From NCBI RefSeq assembly GCF_009914755.1, contig NC_060929.1: a stretch of 64,000 nucleotides of DNA, one strand, 5' to 3'. How positions within the stretch are numbered: the first letter of the stretch is position 1; each line of letters starts with the position of its first letter. Of the stretch, positions 1 through 16,521 are shown one piece after another. A model generated the notes under the pieces. The model saw only the letters and a list, made by a program, of their open reading frames with translations. It searched no databases and was not told where the DNA came from. A program made the position numbers and the translations under genes. This DNA is from the human T2T-CHM13v2.0 reference genome, Homo sapiens.

Positions 1-387
1 TCAGGACTATTTCGACCGGTATGCTTCAACACCCAATCCATTTCAACGTTGTTTGACTTGAATGCTTCAACAAAACTGTGTCCCATAGTTTCTCTGTCCT
101 TTTTCAGGGCCAATTTGACTTCATTTTCTGATTCAAGTTCAACAGAAGCCTTGTCACCCAGCCTGCCTTCTCTGTTGTAGATGAAACGAATACCTTGAGC
201 CTTATTTTGAATTTTGCAGTCAGAAGAAACGCTGCACTTCATCGGCCAAGCAAGACCAGGGCAAGCCGTGGACCTTCAACATAAACCCCTCGCCACCTTT
301 GGTGCCCAACATCATTGTCTCTTACCTGGTCTGGTGTCAAAACAGACCAGACACCTGACTTCGGCAGGGCTAAAAAGAAATGGCCCA
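1..387 (-). pseudogene. HNRNPH1P3: Processed HNRNPH1 pseudogene, 5' UTR and first qRRM region; continues beyond the window's left edge
   Basis: Minus strand from ATG at 315 reads [30 protein letters not shown]/(frameshift ~226-231)/[74 protein letters not shown], close to hnRNP H1. It is intronless and keeps 5'UTR-like sequence (..gtaagagacaATGATG). The P3 suffix is from memory of the locus. Confidence 0.92.
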
Positions 388-504
388 CTTCTTAATTATT
401 TTGGTAGACTTTACTAGTATCTATGCTCCTGAGATTATGGCTGTTGCATCTGTGTGGTGGAAATACTACATAATGGAGTGTACTACTGTTCATCTCTTTC
501 TAAC

Positions 505-641
505 TCAGCAGTCACGCTGGTAGACTGAAATTGGCCATAGTGGAAGTACTTACATCACAGAAATCAGCAAAGGCAACAAATTGGAACTTTTGAAAATTTT
601 TCTGGAGAACCTGTTGTTAAACATTTACCAGCACACTACTG
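505..641 (-). mobile_element. hAT-type DNA transposon fragment (Arthur1-like)
   Basis: Reverse complement begins cagtagtgtgctggtaaatgtttaacaac, resembling a recalled hAT-Tip100 terminus. Confidence 0.4.
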
Positions 642-2060
642 CCTGGAAGCCAAGAGAAGATGGAGTATCAAGGGGAGAGGAATCAGTTGTATCAAGTGCT
701 GCTAAGATGAGGTTAGTAACGTAAGGTTTGGAAATTGAACATTGGATTAAGCTCCATGGATTTCACAAGGACTAAAAAAGACAAAATCGCTGCCTTTGTG
801 GAACTTACATTCTGATGATTGACTTGGAAATTTAATAGCAAATAGAACAGAAAAAAATGTCCTGCCTTCATGGGTTGGGATGTAGTAGGCATTCTGAAGG
901 ACCTGCTGTTCTTGGAATAGTAAATTTCATTCTCTCCACCTTCTAAGCTTTGTATGTTCTCTGTGTTTAGACTGCCCTTTGCTGTCTTATTCTGCTGGTG
1001 TACATCTGTCTATTCATTTCTTTAGGATTCAGCTCAAATGTGTATTCCTTTGGGCAGCTGTCTCTGAACTTTGCAGGCAAAATTAAATGCTTGCCCTGAA
1101 TATTCCTGTGTTTTTCTTATGCCTGTATTTTTCTCATTGCTGTAATGATGGCCCATTTCTACATCTTTCCTTGATGAGCCCACTGACTGATAATGGCTGC
1201 GATCTTCATCTTTGTATCTCAGGGCCTGCCACCATCCTTGGCACATAGTAGATCCTATGTTTCTCTACATCTTTAGAGACTGAAGGAATCAAGTAATTAA
1301 CCTGGGATTAAGATATTGAGATCTGATCCAAGGCAGAGGGACCACAAGACCTACTCCATGGGGGGATGTAAATGGTTGTCAGTAGAACTGTGCTTATTTC
1401 TGTCTCTGGACCATTTGACACTCTGTCTTTATCATTCTCTCTCCTGATTTGAATATCTAATCTGGGGCCTGAAACAATCAATGTGCTATATTATAAAATA
1501 AAACTTGTTTGCTTTTCTATTCAGAGACCTTTTATTGCTAAAATTTTCCACTTGTTACCTTTTCTTTCTCAATCAATTTACACTTTGAATTTATTCATTT
1601 GTTTAGCAATTTCCATTTTATTTTCATCTCCTCATGTTTTCTTAAAACTAAGTTACTTCTTAGCATCATGGTTACATCAGGGATCATTTGGTTGCAAGGA
1701 ACAAAAACATGTTCAATCTACTTTAATAAGCAGCAGTTTATTGCATTGATATAATAGGCAATGTCATGGGCATCCACAGGCAGGGACTTAATACAACAGG
1801 GTCTCTTGTGTTCCACATGAGCACTTGTACTGAACTGTCAGTCATCACATGGACTCTCACCCTTGCTTCTCTCTTTGCTTTTATTCACTCTCTCCTTAGC
1901 CATCTTTCTTTTCTCGCATGTCTAAAACAGGGCTGCCAGAACCCATCACCTGATAGCTCCACTCAGCTGACTTTGTTTCACATTCCCATGTGAGAGGATC
2001 CGGTGAGTTAGCCAGGTCTATGAACCACATGTAACCTGGGATCCTATCTCGATGAAAGGG

Positions 2061-2672
2061 TGTGTTCTTCATTTCCTAGGGATGTTGTAGCAAATTACCA
2101 CAAACTTGGTGGCTAAAAAACCACAGAAATGTATTCTCTCACAGTTCTGGAGACCAAAAGTCCAAAATCAAGATGTCAGCAGTGTTCCTTCTGGAGTCTC
2201 TGAGGGAGAATCTGTTCCATGTTTTTCTTTAAAAAAAAAAAAAAAAATTTTTTAAGAGATGGTCTTGCTATGTTGCCCAAGCTGGTGTTGAACTCCTGGC
2301 CTCAAGCAATCCTCCCACATCAGCCTCCTAAAATGCTGGGATTACAGGCATGAGCCACTGCCCCTGGTCTTATTTCATGCCTCTCCTTCTCCTAGCTTGT
2401 TGTGGCTCCAGCAATCCTTGGTGCTCCTTGATTTGTAGACACATCATGCCAATCTCTACTTAGTCACGTGGTTTTTCCTTGTGTCCCTCTGTGTCTGTCT
2501 CTTCTGTTTCTTACAAGGGCACTGATTATTAGATTAAGGGCCACCCTAATCCAGGATGATCACATTTCGAGATCTTTACCTTAATTATATCAGCAAAGAC
2601 TCAATTCCAAGTAAGGTCATATTAGGGTACCAGGTAGACATATCTTCTGTGGGCCACTATTGGACCCACTAT
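2061..2672. mobile_element. MLT1-type MaLR LTR interrupted by an antisense Alu monomer (~2250-2365)
   Basis: MLT1 hallmarks: aaattaccacaaacttggtggct, tattctctcacagttctggag, gattaagggccaccctaatccaggatg. Confidence 0.75.
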
Positions 2673-3699
2673 GGGAGGTGTATGGGAGTATATGAGAGGT
2701 ATAGTCAAAGGCTACCAGCATGGCTTTGAGGCCCCATTGCAGGTGCCAGTAAATGCCTAGTTGTTCCACACCTCTACCAGGAATACTTGTCACTTTATCA
2801 TTTTGAACACTTACTTTCAATTAACATGTTCTGCTGAAATGTCCCTTTCTCTAAATAACTTTCAGGGACTCACATCCCTTAGGGCGGAATTAATGACTTG
2901 CCTTTCCCATTTCCCATAGCATTTTATACACACCTCTGACAACACTTGCCATTTTCATTTATAGCACTTTGTTTACGTGTCCATTTTCCCACTTAAGTTG
3001 TGGACTTTTCCTGGGTGGGGCCTGTTCTTTACTCAGTTTTGCTTCCACAGTGTCAAGCACAGGATCCAACTTTGAGTTATGTTTGTGGAATTGCGTTGAA
3101 AGTCTGGGCTTCATGGATTGAATTTCTTCCCTTCCAGCCTTAGTGTTACTTGATTCAATTGTGTTAATTGTCCATTCCAGCCAGTTTCGTCTGGGATTGT
3201 ACTCTGTTGTGTTCTCTGTTACATGCTCAGCTCTGCCCCGTCTTTCCTGCTGCCACAACCTATGTTAGCCCTCATCAGCATACTTCTGCTGCCCAAATTC
3301 TTTAGGCCCTGCATTCTCAAGTTGTCCCCACCACCCCTTCTGTTCAGGTTAATCTTCCCTTTTGCATGCATGTGCCCACACATGGGGATCCACTTTACAT
3401 GTTTATCTTAGCCATGGTCGATGCAGTTAGGATTTCCAAATTACATTATCAGTACCAAATTAGGTTTGAAAAAGGAGAGGGAGCATTTCTTTCTTTTGCA
3501 ATCTTGTCACAGTGTTTCCTGTGGTCCCAGAAATCATGGTGGAAAGAAAATTGGGATTTCAGGAAACATTGCTTGATTCTGCAGGAAGTGAACAACGTTT
3601 TCTAATGATTTCCAGAAAAAGAAATGTCATATTTTTCTGGAGTACTTTAGGAGGAAGTAGTGCAGTCAGTGGTGGGAAATATGTCCTCCACTCCCTGTT

Positions 3700-6615
3700 A
3701 AGTTCTCTGTGGCAGATCTTACATATTGTCAGTGAGTTCCTGCTCTTATTTAAAGAATGAAGATAATGATATTCTGCAGCTATGAATTTTGAGTTCAACT
3801 ATGTAGTTGCTGATTTTCTGCCTACTGGGTTTGTCCATTTCCAATACAGGGGTGTCAATATCTTCACTATCATAGTGGATTCTTCTATTTCCCATTGTAG
3901 TTCTGTCAGTTTTTGCCTTATGTATTTTGATGCTCTGTTGGTAGATGCATACAAATTAAGGACTGTTATGTCTTCTTGGAGAATTGGCCCCTTTACCATT
4001 ATATAATGTCCCTCTTTATCCCTGATAACTTTTCTTGCTCTGAAGTCTGCTGTTTCTGAAATTAAGGCAGCTACTTCAACTTTCTTTTGATTAGTGTTAG
4101 CATGATATCTCTTTCTCTATCCATTTATATTTAATCTATATGTGTCTTTATATTTAAAGTTGGTTTCTTTTGTTTCCTTTTGTTTGTGTATGTAAAATGC
4201 AATCTTCCTTCTGCAGCTTTCTTTATTGAAGTGTTTGGTATATATTTGGTGCTAGCATGGCCATTGCTAATTCATGAATTTTTTTTTACTTTATTTATTT
4301 GTAATTTCAACTTTTATTTTAGAATCATGGGGTACATGTGCCAGTTTGTTACATGGTATATTGTGTGATGTTGGGGAGCCAGAGGGGAAAATAAACCACC
4401 TTTCCTATAAAGGCACAAAAGAATTACATCCAATGTCTCCTCAGAAATCATATAAGGAAGATGAAAGTAGAATGAAATATTTAAAGTGTTAAGAGAAAAA
4501 AACCCCCACCAACCTAGAATTGTTTATCCTATAAAATTATCCTTCAAAGTGAGGGAGGAATAAAAACTCTCGGACAAAAATTGAGATAATTTGTTGCCGG
4601 TAGACCTGCCTTGCAAGAAATGTTAAAAGTTCTTCCAAGAGAAGTAAATAATATGAGTCAGAAACTCAGATCTACATAAGGAAAGGAAGAGATCACAGAA
4701 GAAATAAGTGAAGGTAAAAGAAACACTTCTATTTTTCTTATTGTGAGTTGACCTAACAGATAAGTTTGTTCAAAGTAATAATAATTATAACAATGTATCT
4801 GATTAATATAGTTTATGTGTAAGTGAAAAACAGTCATTTTACTTTTCATTTTCTACAGTTTTAATGATATACCTAGGTGTAGTTTTTCTGGAATTTATCT
4901 CACTTGGTGTTCTCTGAGTTTATTGGATCCTTGGTTTGTTTTCTGATGTTAATTTGGGAAAGTCTCTGTTTTTACTGCTTTAAATATTGTGTCTGTTCTT
5001 TTTTCCTTCTTCCCTTTCTGGTATTCCCATTATGAGTATGTTACACCTTTTGCAGTTGTCCTGAAATTCTTAGATACTATTGTTTATTTATTTTTAGTTT
5101 TTTTCTCTTTGCTTTTCCACTTTGCAAGTTTCCATTGTCAAATCCTCAAGCTCAGAAATTATTTCTTCAGCTATGTCCAGTCTACCTGTGACCCCAATAA
5201 AGGCATTCTTCATTTTTGTTAGTGTTTTTAACCTCTAGCATCTCTTTTTTATGCTTCCTTAGAATTTCCATTCTGTGCTTAAGATATCCATCTGTTCTTG
5301 CAAATTGTCTACTTTTTCCACTCACCCTTAGCATATTAATCATAGTTATTTTATATTTATAGTCTGATAATTTTAACATCCATACCATATCAGGGTCTGG
5401 TTGTGATGCTTGCTTTGTCTCTTTAAACTGTGTTTTTTGCCTTTTAGTATGCCTTATAACATTTTGTTGAAAGGTGAACATGATGTACCAGGTAAAAGGA
5501 ACTGGGGTAAACAGACCTTTAGTGAGGTCATGACAAGATGTGAAGGGAGAGGAAGTGTTTGACAGCCCTATGATTAGGTCTCAGTCTTTTAGTGAGCCTG
5601 TGCCTCTGGACTGTGAACTTCACAAATTGTGTTAATTGTGGTACAGGTGGATTTCACTTAGGTGGTACAGGATGGCAAGAGAGGGCTGTAGTGGGGTATT
5701 TTCTTTCCCATTAGGTTAGGCTCTTGTAAAATAGTTTCTCTTGAGGGCAGGTGATATGGTTTGGCTGTGTCCCCACCCAAAATCTCGTCTTGAATTGTAA
5801 TCCTTGTAATCCCCACATGTCAAGGGCAGGACCAGATGGAGGTAATTGGAACATGGGGGCTATTTCCCCCACGCTGTTCTCATGATAATGAGTGAGTCAC
5901 ATGGGATCTCACGGTTTTTTAAGTGTCTGGCATTTCTCCTACTTGCACCCATTCCATCCTGTTGCCCTGTGAAGAAGGTGCCTACTTCTCCTTTGCCTTC
6001 CGCCATGATTGTAAGTTTCCTGAGACCTCCCTGAGCCATGTGGAATTTATAAAGGAAACCTCTTTCCATTATAAATTACCCAGTCTCGGGTGTTTCTTCA
6101 TAGCAGTGTGAGAACGGACTAATACAGCAGGCCTTGTTAAGAAGAACGAAATGCTCTAGTATATTTCAAAATGGTTACTCCCCTCTGTCCCTCTGCTACC
6201 TGCTATTTTTCTCTAATCTTTGCTATGAGAATTTGGTGGTTCTTATACGAGCTCCTGTAGGTAAAACTCACAAAGTATGAGGGCCTCTTTATGACTCGGG
6301 CTCCCTGGAGTTTTTGACTCTTATACTTGTCCACACTGAGCCTTGAGTGATTTAACAATGATAATTCAGGTTTTCCTACCCTGGTACTGGTTCCTGTGGA
6401 AATGAGTTTGTGTTCTGGGGAGCTGTGATTCTCTGTATATCCACCTGTCTGTCTCTCCAATTTTGGGGACAGTGGTTTGTCCTGTGACCTCACTTCTCTG
6501 ATGGATCTAAGAAGAATTGTTGATTTTCAGTTTGTTTAGCTTTTTACTTGTTGTTAGGACAGATTTATGCCATTTAAGCTCCTTACATGGGGAACCAGAA
6601 CCTGGAAGTCCCAGC
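3700..6615 (-). mobile_element. Old L1 (ORF2 endonuclease start, ORF1, 5' region) with an inverted internal segment and a THE1 insertion
   Basis: ORF 3799..3999(-) ILQEDITVLNLYASTNRASKYIRQKLTELQ is L1 EN-like; ORF 5182..5481(-) is ORF1-like. Confidence 0.8.
5752..6126 (+). mobile_element. THE1 (MaLR) solo LTR, THE1D-like
   Basis: TGATATGGTTTGGCTGTGTCCCCACCC...CTAATACA; 5-bp TSD GCAGG at 5747-5751 and 6127-6131. Confidence 0.9.
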
Positions 6616-6873
6616 TGTAAATATTGAAGGCATAATGATTTCTTAACTTTTATATTCTGATGCGTATTGTTTGGTTCTCTGCCTTTCCAAAATAGGAATT
6701 GACCCCATAATATTTCTGTACATTTTAACTGGGAATGTTAAAACCTGGATAAATTCTAATCTTGGCTCTGCTGCTAATGATGTTACCTTGGGCAAATCAG
6801 AGACTGAGTTTTCTCATCTATAAAAGTGAAGGGTGCAGACTCATTTCTAAGTCTCCTTCTAGCTTTAAAATTC

Positions 6874-7110
6874 TGAGGTGGGCGGATCACGAGGTCAGGA
6901 GTTCGAGACCAGCCTGGCCAACATGGTGAAACTCCGTCTCTACTAAAAATACAAAAATTAGCCAAGCTTGGTGTCGTGCGCCTGTAATCTCAGCTACTTG
7001 GGAGGCTGAAACAGGAGAATCGCTTGAACCCGGGCAAAGTTCAGTGAGCCAAGATCGTGCCACTGCACTCCAGCCTGGGTGACAGAGCAAGACTCCATCT
7101 TGGAAAAAAG
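6874..7110 (+). mobile_element. 5'-truncated Alu
   Basis: gggcggatcacgaggtcaggagttcgagacc...gacagagcaagactccatct. Confidence 0.9.
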
Positions 7111-7229
7111 AATCTATATTTTATGAAGTTACAAAATATTCTCTGATTTTGAACACTAATACCAGTACTCTGGGTAAACCTGTGTGCTGAAGCAGGTGCC
7201 CTATTATGCTTTCTGGAATTTAAAAATAA

Positions 7230-8870
<1,641 letters not shown>

Positions 8871-10976
8871 AACAAATTACAATTTATCTGTTTTGGTTTT
8901 TATAAGCATTGCCATGATGACCATCCTTGATGTTATATCTCTGGAAAACTCCATGATTATTTCTTTTAGATAAATATCTAAAAGTGGAATTCCCGGATTA
9001 AAGGCATCTAAAATGCTTTTACTATGTTTTCCACTAACAAGGTGTGAGATGGGGGGGCTGCCTCAGGGGCTGCAACTCAAAGCCCACTTCAAATGGGAAA
9101 CACTATCCATCCGTCAATCCATTTATCTATCTTAGAACTCTCTTTCTATGACTTTCTTATTTTCAAAACAAACAAGGAATAAAGAAAGAAAAAAATGAAA
9201 CAAGTAAACAAAAGACCTCTCATCTAGACTCTCTAACCACCCAACAAATCACATTGCTCCTCCTAGGAGGAAATGGTTGAGGTGTCAGACTGAGAATGAC
9301 ATCTATTTCCCTTCATGGGGAGAGCACTTGTTAATTCACCTATTAATTCACTTTTAAAATATAATTTTACATTTTATCAAAGTAATACATATACATAGTT
9401 TAAACATTCAAGTGGCACTCTAAGACTTACCACGAATAACAGCAATACAGTGCTATATCCCTTCCCATTGCCAAACTTTCTTCACAGAAAAAATCACTTT
9501 CATTTCTTTTAGCTTTTTTTTTTTCTGGGGTTTATTTCCATATCTATAAAGAACATGTTTATACTGCAATTTAATTTTTTTTTCAATTTTAGACATTATC
9601 TATTGACTTCTTACTAACTATGGAAGATAAAGACTGAAGTCTCTTACCAATTCTATACACAAACACACACATATGTGCATCCTTTCCTAACCCCATTCTT
9701 TCAATATAGTTATAACTTTTGTTAAATCCATTAATGTTTTCATTGTTGTGACTCTATAGTTATTCATAGCTGAGCCACATATTGGACTTTAAATATATTT
9801 TCTTATATAACATTTTCTTTTTCCTGGAATTAATAATTATGCCATTTTTTGGTTTCCTTAACTTACTGAGCCGATTACTCATCCTTCTCCAAACTTTCTA
9901 AGAGTGCTGCAAAACTTTTCAAGTTTCAACATCTGTCAGATCCATTGGGTCCCCTCCATGTATTTTTTCATTGGAAATATCCCTCCTTGAGCCTGGCGTC
10001 TGCCACTCACTTGGGCTAGTTGCTCTCCAAGCCTGTTGTACTCTTATCATCTTGGGATCTCCCTTGGCCACCATTCTTGGAATTCTCTCTCTTCTATTTG
10101 AAATTTGCTGTTTTTGGGAGCCCATTTTTCCTTTTTGTTTTGGCTTATGCTCTTGTTTTTGTAGTCACTTTTTTCAATAACATCTCGAAAATGGTCACAT
10201 GGGAGATAAAGTTCTTGAAACTTGGCATGTTGGAAAATGCAGTTTCAAGAACGTTGTTTTACCTTTCTTTCTGATGGATCATTTGGATGGGTAGAGCATC
10301 CTAGGTGAGAAATAATTTTCCAATAGAGTTATAAAGGAATTGATCCATTGCTTTCTAACTTCTGGTTTTGTTATTAAGTCTAAAGCCATTCTCATCCTTG
10401 ATCTTTTGTATGTGACTTATTTTTTTCCTATCTGGAAACATTTTTTTTCTGTTTATTCTTGATATTCTGAAACTTCACTGTTTTGTACTTCAGTGTAGAT
10501 TTATTTTCATTTATTATGCTGTTTACAGTGGGCCCTTTCAATCTGGAAACAAATGTTCCTCAATTCTTGGGAATTTTATTGTATCACTTCTCTCATTATT
10601 TCTTTCCCTCCATTCCTCTGTTCTGTGCTTCTGTACTGCTGGTAGTCAGATGTTGGCTATTCTTCATCTCTTTGTCTTTTCTTCTATCTTCTGGAAGATT
10701 TCCTCAACTTTATTTTCTAGTCTTTAGACTTCAGCTCTCATATTTTGAATCTCCAAGAGTTCTTGTTCTCTAATTATGCCTTTATCATAGCATCCTATTC
10801 ATATTTTGTGGGTACAACATTTTTTCTTATTTTCTATGAAGGTTTAAGTAATATTTCTTTTAAAAAATATTCTGCTTTCTGCATTGCCTTTCTTTCAAAT
10901 TTTTTCCCCCCATCTGCTGTTGGGATGGGAGAAATTTAATGAATTTGGCTTTGTGGGGTTAGGATTAGGTAGTCTA

Positions 10977-11428
<452 letters not shown>

Positions 11429-11867
11429 TTATTCTCTGTGGGGGAAATATAGAGTTAGGTGCCTGTGAGCCTCTGGTCACAACATTTTTGTCAGCTAATC
11501 AATACATAACCTTGTTTTGTGTGTGTTTCTGTTTAAAGACACCTTATTTAATATACATTGTTGATTCATCAACATTGAACTCATGGCTAATAACAGTACT
11601 ATGACTCATGCCTGAATAGAGCTTATTTAACACACATATTTTCTCCATGAGGCACAGCCTCCTTCTGCTTAGGAACACCAGACAGCACTCCAGCACTCTG
11701 CTTGGGGGGCATTCGAAACAGCAAAATCACTCATAAAAGGCAAAAAATTGCAAAAAAAAATAGTAATAACCAGCATGGCACTAAATAGACCATGAAAAGA
11801 CATGTGTGTGCAGTATGAAAATTGAGACAGGAAGGCAGAGTGTCAGCTTGTTCCACCTCAGCTGGGA

Positions 11868-11930
11868 ATGTGCATCAGGCAACTCAAGTTTTTCACCACG
11901 GCATGTGTCTGTGAATGTCCGCAAAACATT
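11868..11930 (+). CDS. IL31RA: IL31RA first coding exon 1a (long isoform), MCIRQLKFFTTACVCECPQNI
   Basis: ATG at 11868, 63 nt, donor GTGAGT at 11931. Joins exon 2 in phase 0 to give the recognised N-terminus MCIRQLK...QNILSPQPSC. Confidence 0.9.
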
Positions 11931-12439
11931 GTGAGTATTGATTTGGGGGGTTACAAATAATTCCTAGCAAGTAGGTGAATTCACAAATAAGGAAGCTGTG
12001 AGTAATGAGGGTTGATTTTACCTACCTAGTGTCTCAAATCCTGAGCCGTATGAGATTCCGTGGCATAATTATGTTTGCTTATTGTTGGCAACCTTATTAG
12101 GCATTTCTAGGTTTCTGCTTTCTCATCTTTACCAGTTCAGTTATGGCTTGATTCATTTCTCTTTTTCCAAAGATTTGTTGACATCTCTTATTTGCTGTTG
12201 CCTCTTCCCATTTGTTTTGTCTTGTGGTTCTATATCTTTGCCATAATTTTTGTGGAGTTTCCTGAGAGAGTAGAGATAAATGTATATGCTCAATTGGTCT
12301 TGTCTTAACCAGAATTCTATTTAATACACAACACCTTTAGTGAGCTGTTATGCATGTAATAGGTGTTTACTAAGTATTGGTTGAATAAATTCAAGAAATG
12401 CTTGCTATATTTGTGCTAGCATTTAGCTTTTCTCTATAG

Positions 12440-12775
<336 letters not shown>

Positions 12776-13074
12776 TAAATATCTCATAATTATAATCTTC
12801 TAGGTAAAAGACTAGCTCTCTTTCTCACCCTTATTCCTCCTACTTAGTGGAACATTGCCTAAGGAAGATGGGGAATGGGTTAAAAATTAAAATGTGGGGC
12901 TGGAAAGCATAGCTTGTTTTAAAACTTAGTTTTCTTTCCTTTTGCATCATAATCTCTTCCCCGGTCTATTTATTTCTCGTGGTTTTGTCAGTCCATTACA
13001 AACGGTTGCAAAATTGTGGTACTAGAAGGGATCCTAGAAATAATCTAATTTGAACCTTTGATTGCTAGGAAACT

Positions 13075-13290
13075 GAGAGTCAGGCTGCCTTGGTTCAAGT
13101 CTTGGCTCCACCACCCATGTAGGACATGTTGCTTACTGTTTTGACCTCAGTTTCCTTGCCTATAAAGTGGGAATAAAAATACTCCTGATGTTATAGGATT
13201 GTTGTGAAGATTAAAAGAGATAATTAATGTGAAGTTCTTAGTACTATGCCTGACACACAGTAAGAGCTCCACAAATTATTAATGATGATT
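13075..13290 (+). mobile_element. MIR
   Basis: Core ctcagtttccttgcctataaagtgggaataa...gttgtgaagattaaa...cctgacacacagtaag. Confidence 0.7.
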
Positions 13291-13858
13291 ATTACTAGTG
13301 GCTAAACTGAAGCTCTGGTTTCTCAGTTCAGTATGTTTTCCTTTAGACGTAAATAAGAATTTGTAAGCCTCTTTTTGGAGTCAGCTACCATTATTTTCTT
13401 TCCTTCATCTCCTTCATTGTCTAAAGACAGTTAACATGATTGCGTATTTCTCATTTCAAGCTAAAGATACTCTCACTGTTTCAGCTATTACCACATTTGT
13501 AAGGACTTCCTGAAGAGAAAATTTAAAAGTTAGTCACTTCTTTTAGTTGTTTCTGGTCTTTCAGATGATCCTTTTTTTTTGTAGAGTTGAGTGTTTTTGT
13601 TTTTGCTTTTGTTTTTAGTTAACAATAATGCAATCCATTTCCCAGCATAAGTGGGTAAGTGCCACTTTGACTTGGGCTGGGCTTAAAAGCACAAGAAAAG
13701 CTCGCAGACAATCAGAGTGGAAACACTCCCACATCTTAGTGTGGATAAATTAAAGTCCAGATTGTTCTTCCTGTCCTGACTTGTGCTGTGGGAGGTGGAG
13801 TTGCCTTTGATGCAAATCCTTTGAGCCAGCAGAACATCTGTGGAACATCCCCTGATAC

Positions 13859-13864
13859 ATGAAG
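13859..13864 (+). CDS. IL31RA: IL31RA alternative first coding exon 1b (MK)
   Basis: ATG AAG followed by strong donor GTGAGT at 13865. Splicing to exon 2 gives MKLSPQPSCVNLGMM..., the N-terminus of known GPL isoforms. Confidence 0.8.
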
Positions 13865-14239
13865 GTGAGTGCTAACTCATTTAGAAGAGTGATAGTTTGA
13901 TCATCTTTTTCTACTTTATAAAAGTCTTTTTCTGTTTTCTTCAGTGAAATTATGGGTCAGACCCACCACGTGAATTTCTCCTTGAACTGGTTGTTGATAG
14001 TTAAGGGAATCTAATCTTTTGGCAGGCAATATTTTAAAATGCTGAGATCAGAATGGAGAATCATGAGTGTTAGAGGTGAAGGATTGGGGAAAATATCTGA
14101 AATAATGGATTTATCTTTCAGGAAACTCTAGGCTAGAGAAAATTAGACCTAGAGGATTCAGAGGAAAATCCTTGTGTGTACTGGTATTTCATGGCAGGAG
14201 AGCTGAGAGAGAGTAAATCACTAATAGCTACCACATGAT

Positions 14240-14440
14240 TTTAGTGGAAAGAGTCCAGGTTTGGAATAAGACAGTCGTGAGTTTGAATCTCATTTATGCT
14301 GCTTACAAACTATTATTTTTGGACAATTTACATGATATCTCTTGGCCTCAGATTCCATATCCGTAAACTAGAGATGAGTAATACAAACCCTACACGGATT
14401 TTTAGAAGTACAGGATGTAATTTGTATAGTGTAGTTAGCA
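14240..14440 (+). mobile_element. MIR
   Basis: gagtttgaatctc...ggcctcagattccatatccgtaaac... Confidence 0.55.
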
Positions 14441-14725
14441 CTTTGCAGGCTGTCACTGTTCCAACATGATAGTGCTTTTGCCAGTCTCACTACTGGCTGT
14501 CTCAGAATGTTCTTTAAATGAAGGCAGCCCACAACCCAAATGGATTTATAGACTTTGAAACTGGAGGTAGTCATCTGACAGCTCGCAATCTCATCTTGGG
14601 CAATGTATATATAATCAATATCCTCATCCAAAAAGTAAGGATGTCATTATTTTATTAGGCTGAAATTGCCAATATTTAACTGTTTTTGACTTAATAAAAA
14701 TAGCAATTTCATTTGATTTAACCTA

Positions 14726-15060
<335 letters not shown>

Positions 15061-15444
15061 TAAAATATAAAATATGCAACTATAAATATAAAATATATAA
15101 ATAGAAAATATAAAAATATCTGTCTCATTTACCTGAAGGGTGACAAGAATCTAAGGAGATAGTATACATGAAAGTGCTTGTAAATCTAAGGCCATTATTA
15201 CTGCGACTATTATCATTACTGCAAGCTCCAAATAAACATTTAAAAGAGACTGAGAACAGGGCACCCTTCTACTTGATCAGTGAAAGTATAAACCAAGTCC
15301 TGTGGGTCTTGAGGAATTCTGAGGCACTGAGAGAGGCTGAGCAGTGCATCGCTTGACTACCTCCCTCTCAGTGTTATGAGTCTGCAGGTGCTTGAACTTA
15401 TGGCCATAGTGCTGGCCCTAGAAGTTACTCCCTCTTCTTTGCCA

Positions 15445-15690
15445 TTTTTTATTTTTTTATTTGAGACAGTCTCACTCTGCTGCCCAGGCTGGAGTGCAGT
15501 GGTGTGATCATAGCTCATTGCAGCTTCAAACTCCTGGGCCCAAGCATTGTCCCACCTCAACCTCCTGTGTAGCTAGGACTACAGGTGTGCACCATGACAC
15601 TCAGATAATTTAAAATATATATATATATATATATTTTTAGAGACAGAGTCTTGCTATGTTGCCCAGACTAGTCTTGAACTCCTGGTTTGC
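15445..15690 (-). mobile_element. Old Alu (AluJ-like), truncated, with (TA)n in the linker
   Basis: gagacagtctcactctgctgcccaggctggagtgcag; TA run ~15615-15633. Confidence 0.85.
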
Positions 15691-16179
15691 CATTCTTTAA
15701 AAACCCAGTTCTATACTGCAGGAGATAGTGTTTGGCACAGAATGAGAATCAACAAATAGTAGCTGAGTGAATGTATGAATGAATGAACCAAAGGAAGGCA
15801 AGCCCTGGGAAAATCACGTAGTGGTACATTCTTGTACAAGTGAAATGAGATGAAGCTCAGCACCCAGGACACAGCCTTGAGTGGGAGCTGAATGGCCAAA
15901 GAGCACCCTGTGAAGTATCCATTTTATGGGGGATTGCGTGGGAGTAAAACAGCCACACTCTATTTCCTTTGCTTTGGTCCTGTGAGACAGGATGTGGGGA
16001 GGCAGGGATAATTTAACATGCTGAAATGTGTAGCGTTTCCCAGCAGAGGCAGTAGCTTCCATCTTTGCTTTCTTCTCGCTGTGTTCCCAGCCACTGCTGG
16101 TAGTCAGTAATAAGTGCTTAGATTTGTTTGCAGTCGTTCTACTCCAAACAGTAGCTGCTACTAGGTTTACATCTCTTTT

Positions 16180-16521
<342 letters not shown>

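Noticed and set aside
12780-13858. STAT/GAS elements expected near the promoters
   Set aside because: I did not spot a clean TTCN3GAA here by eye (near-matches have the wrong spacing); a PWM scan is needed.
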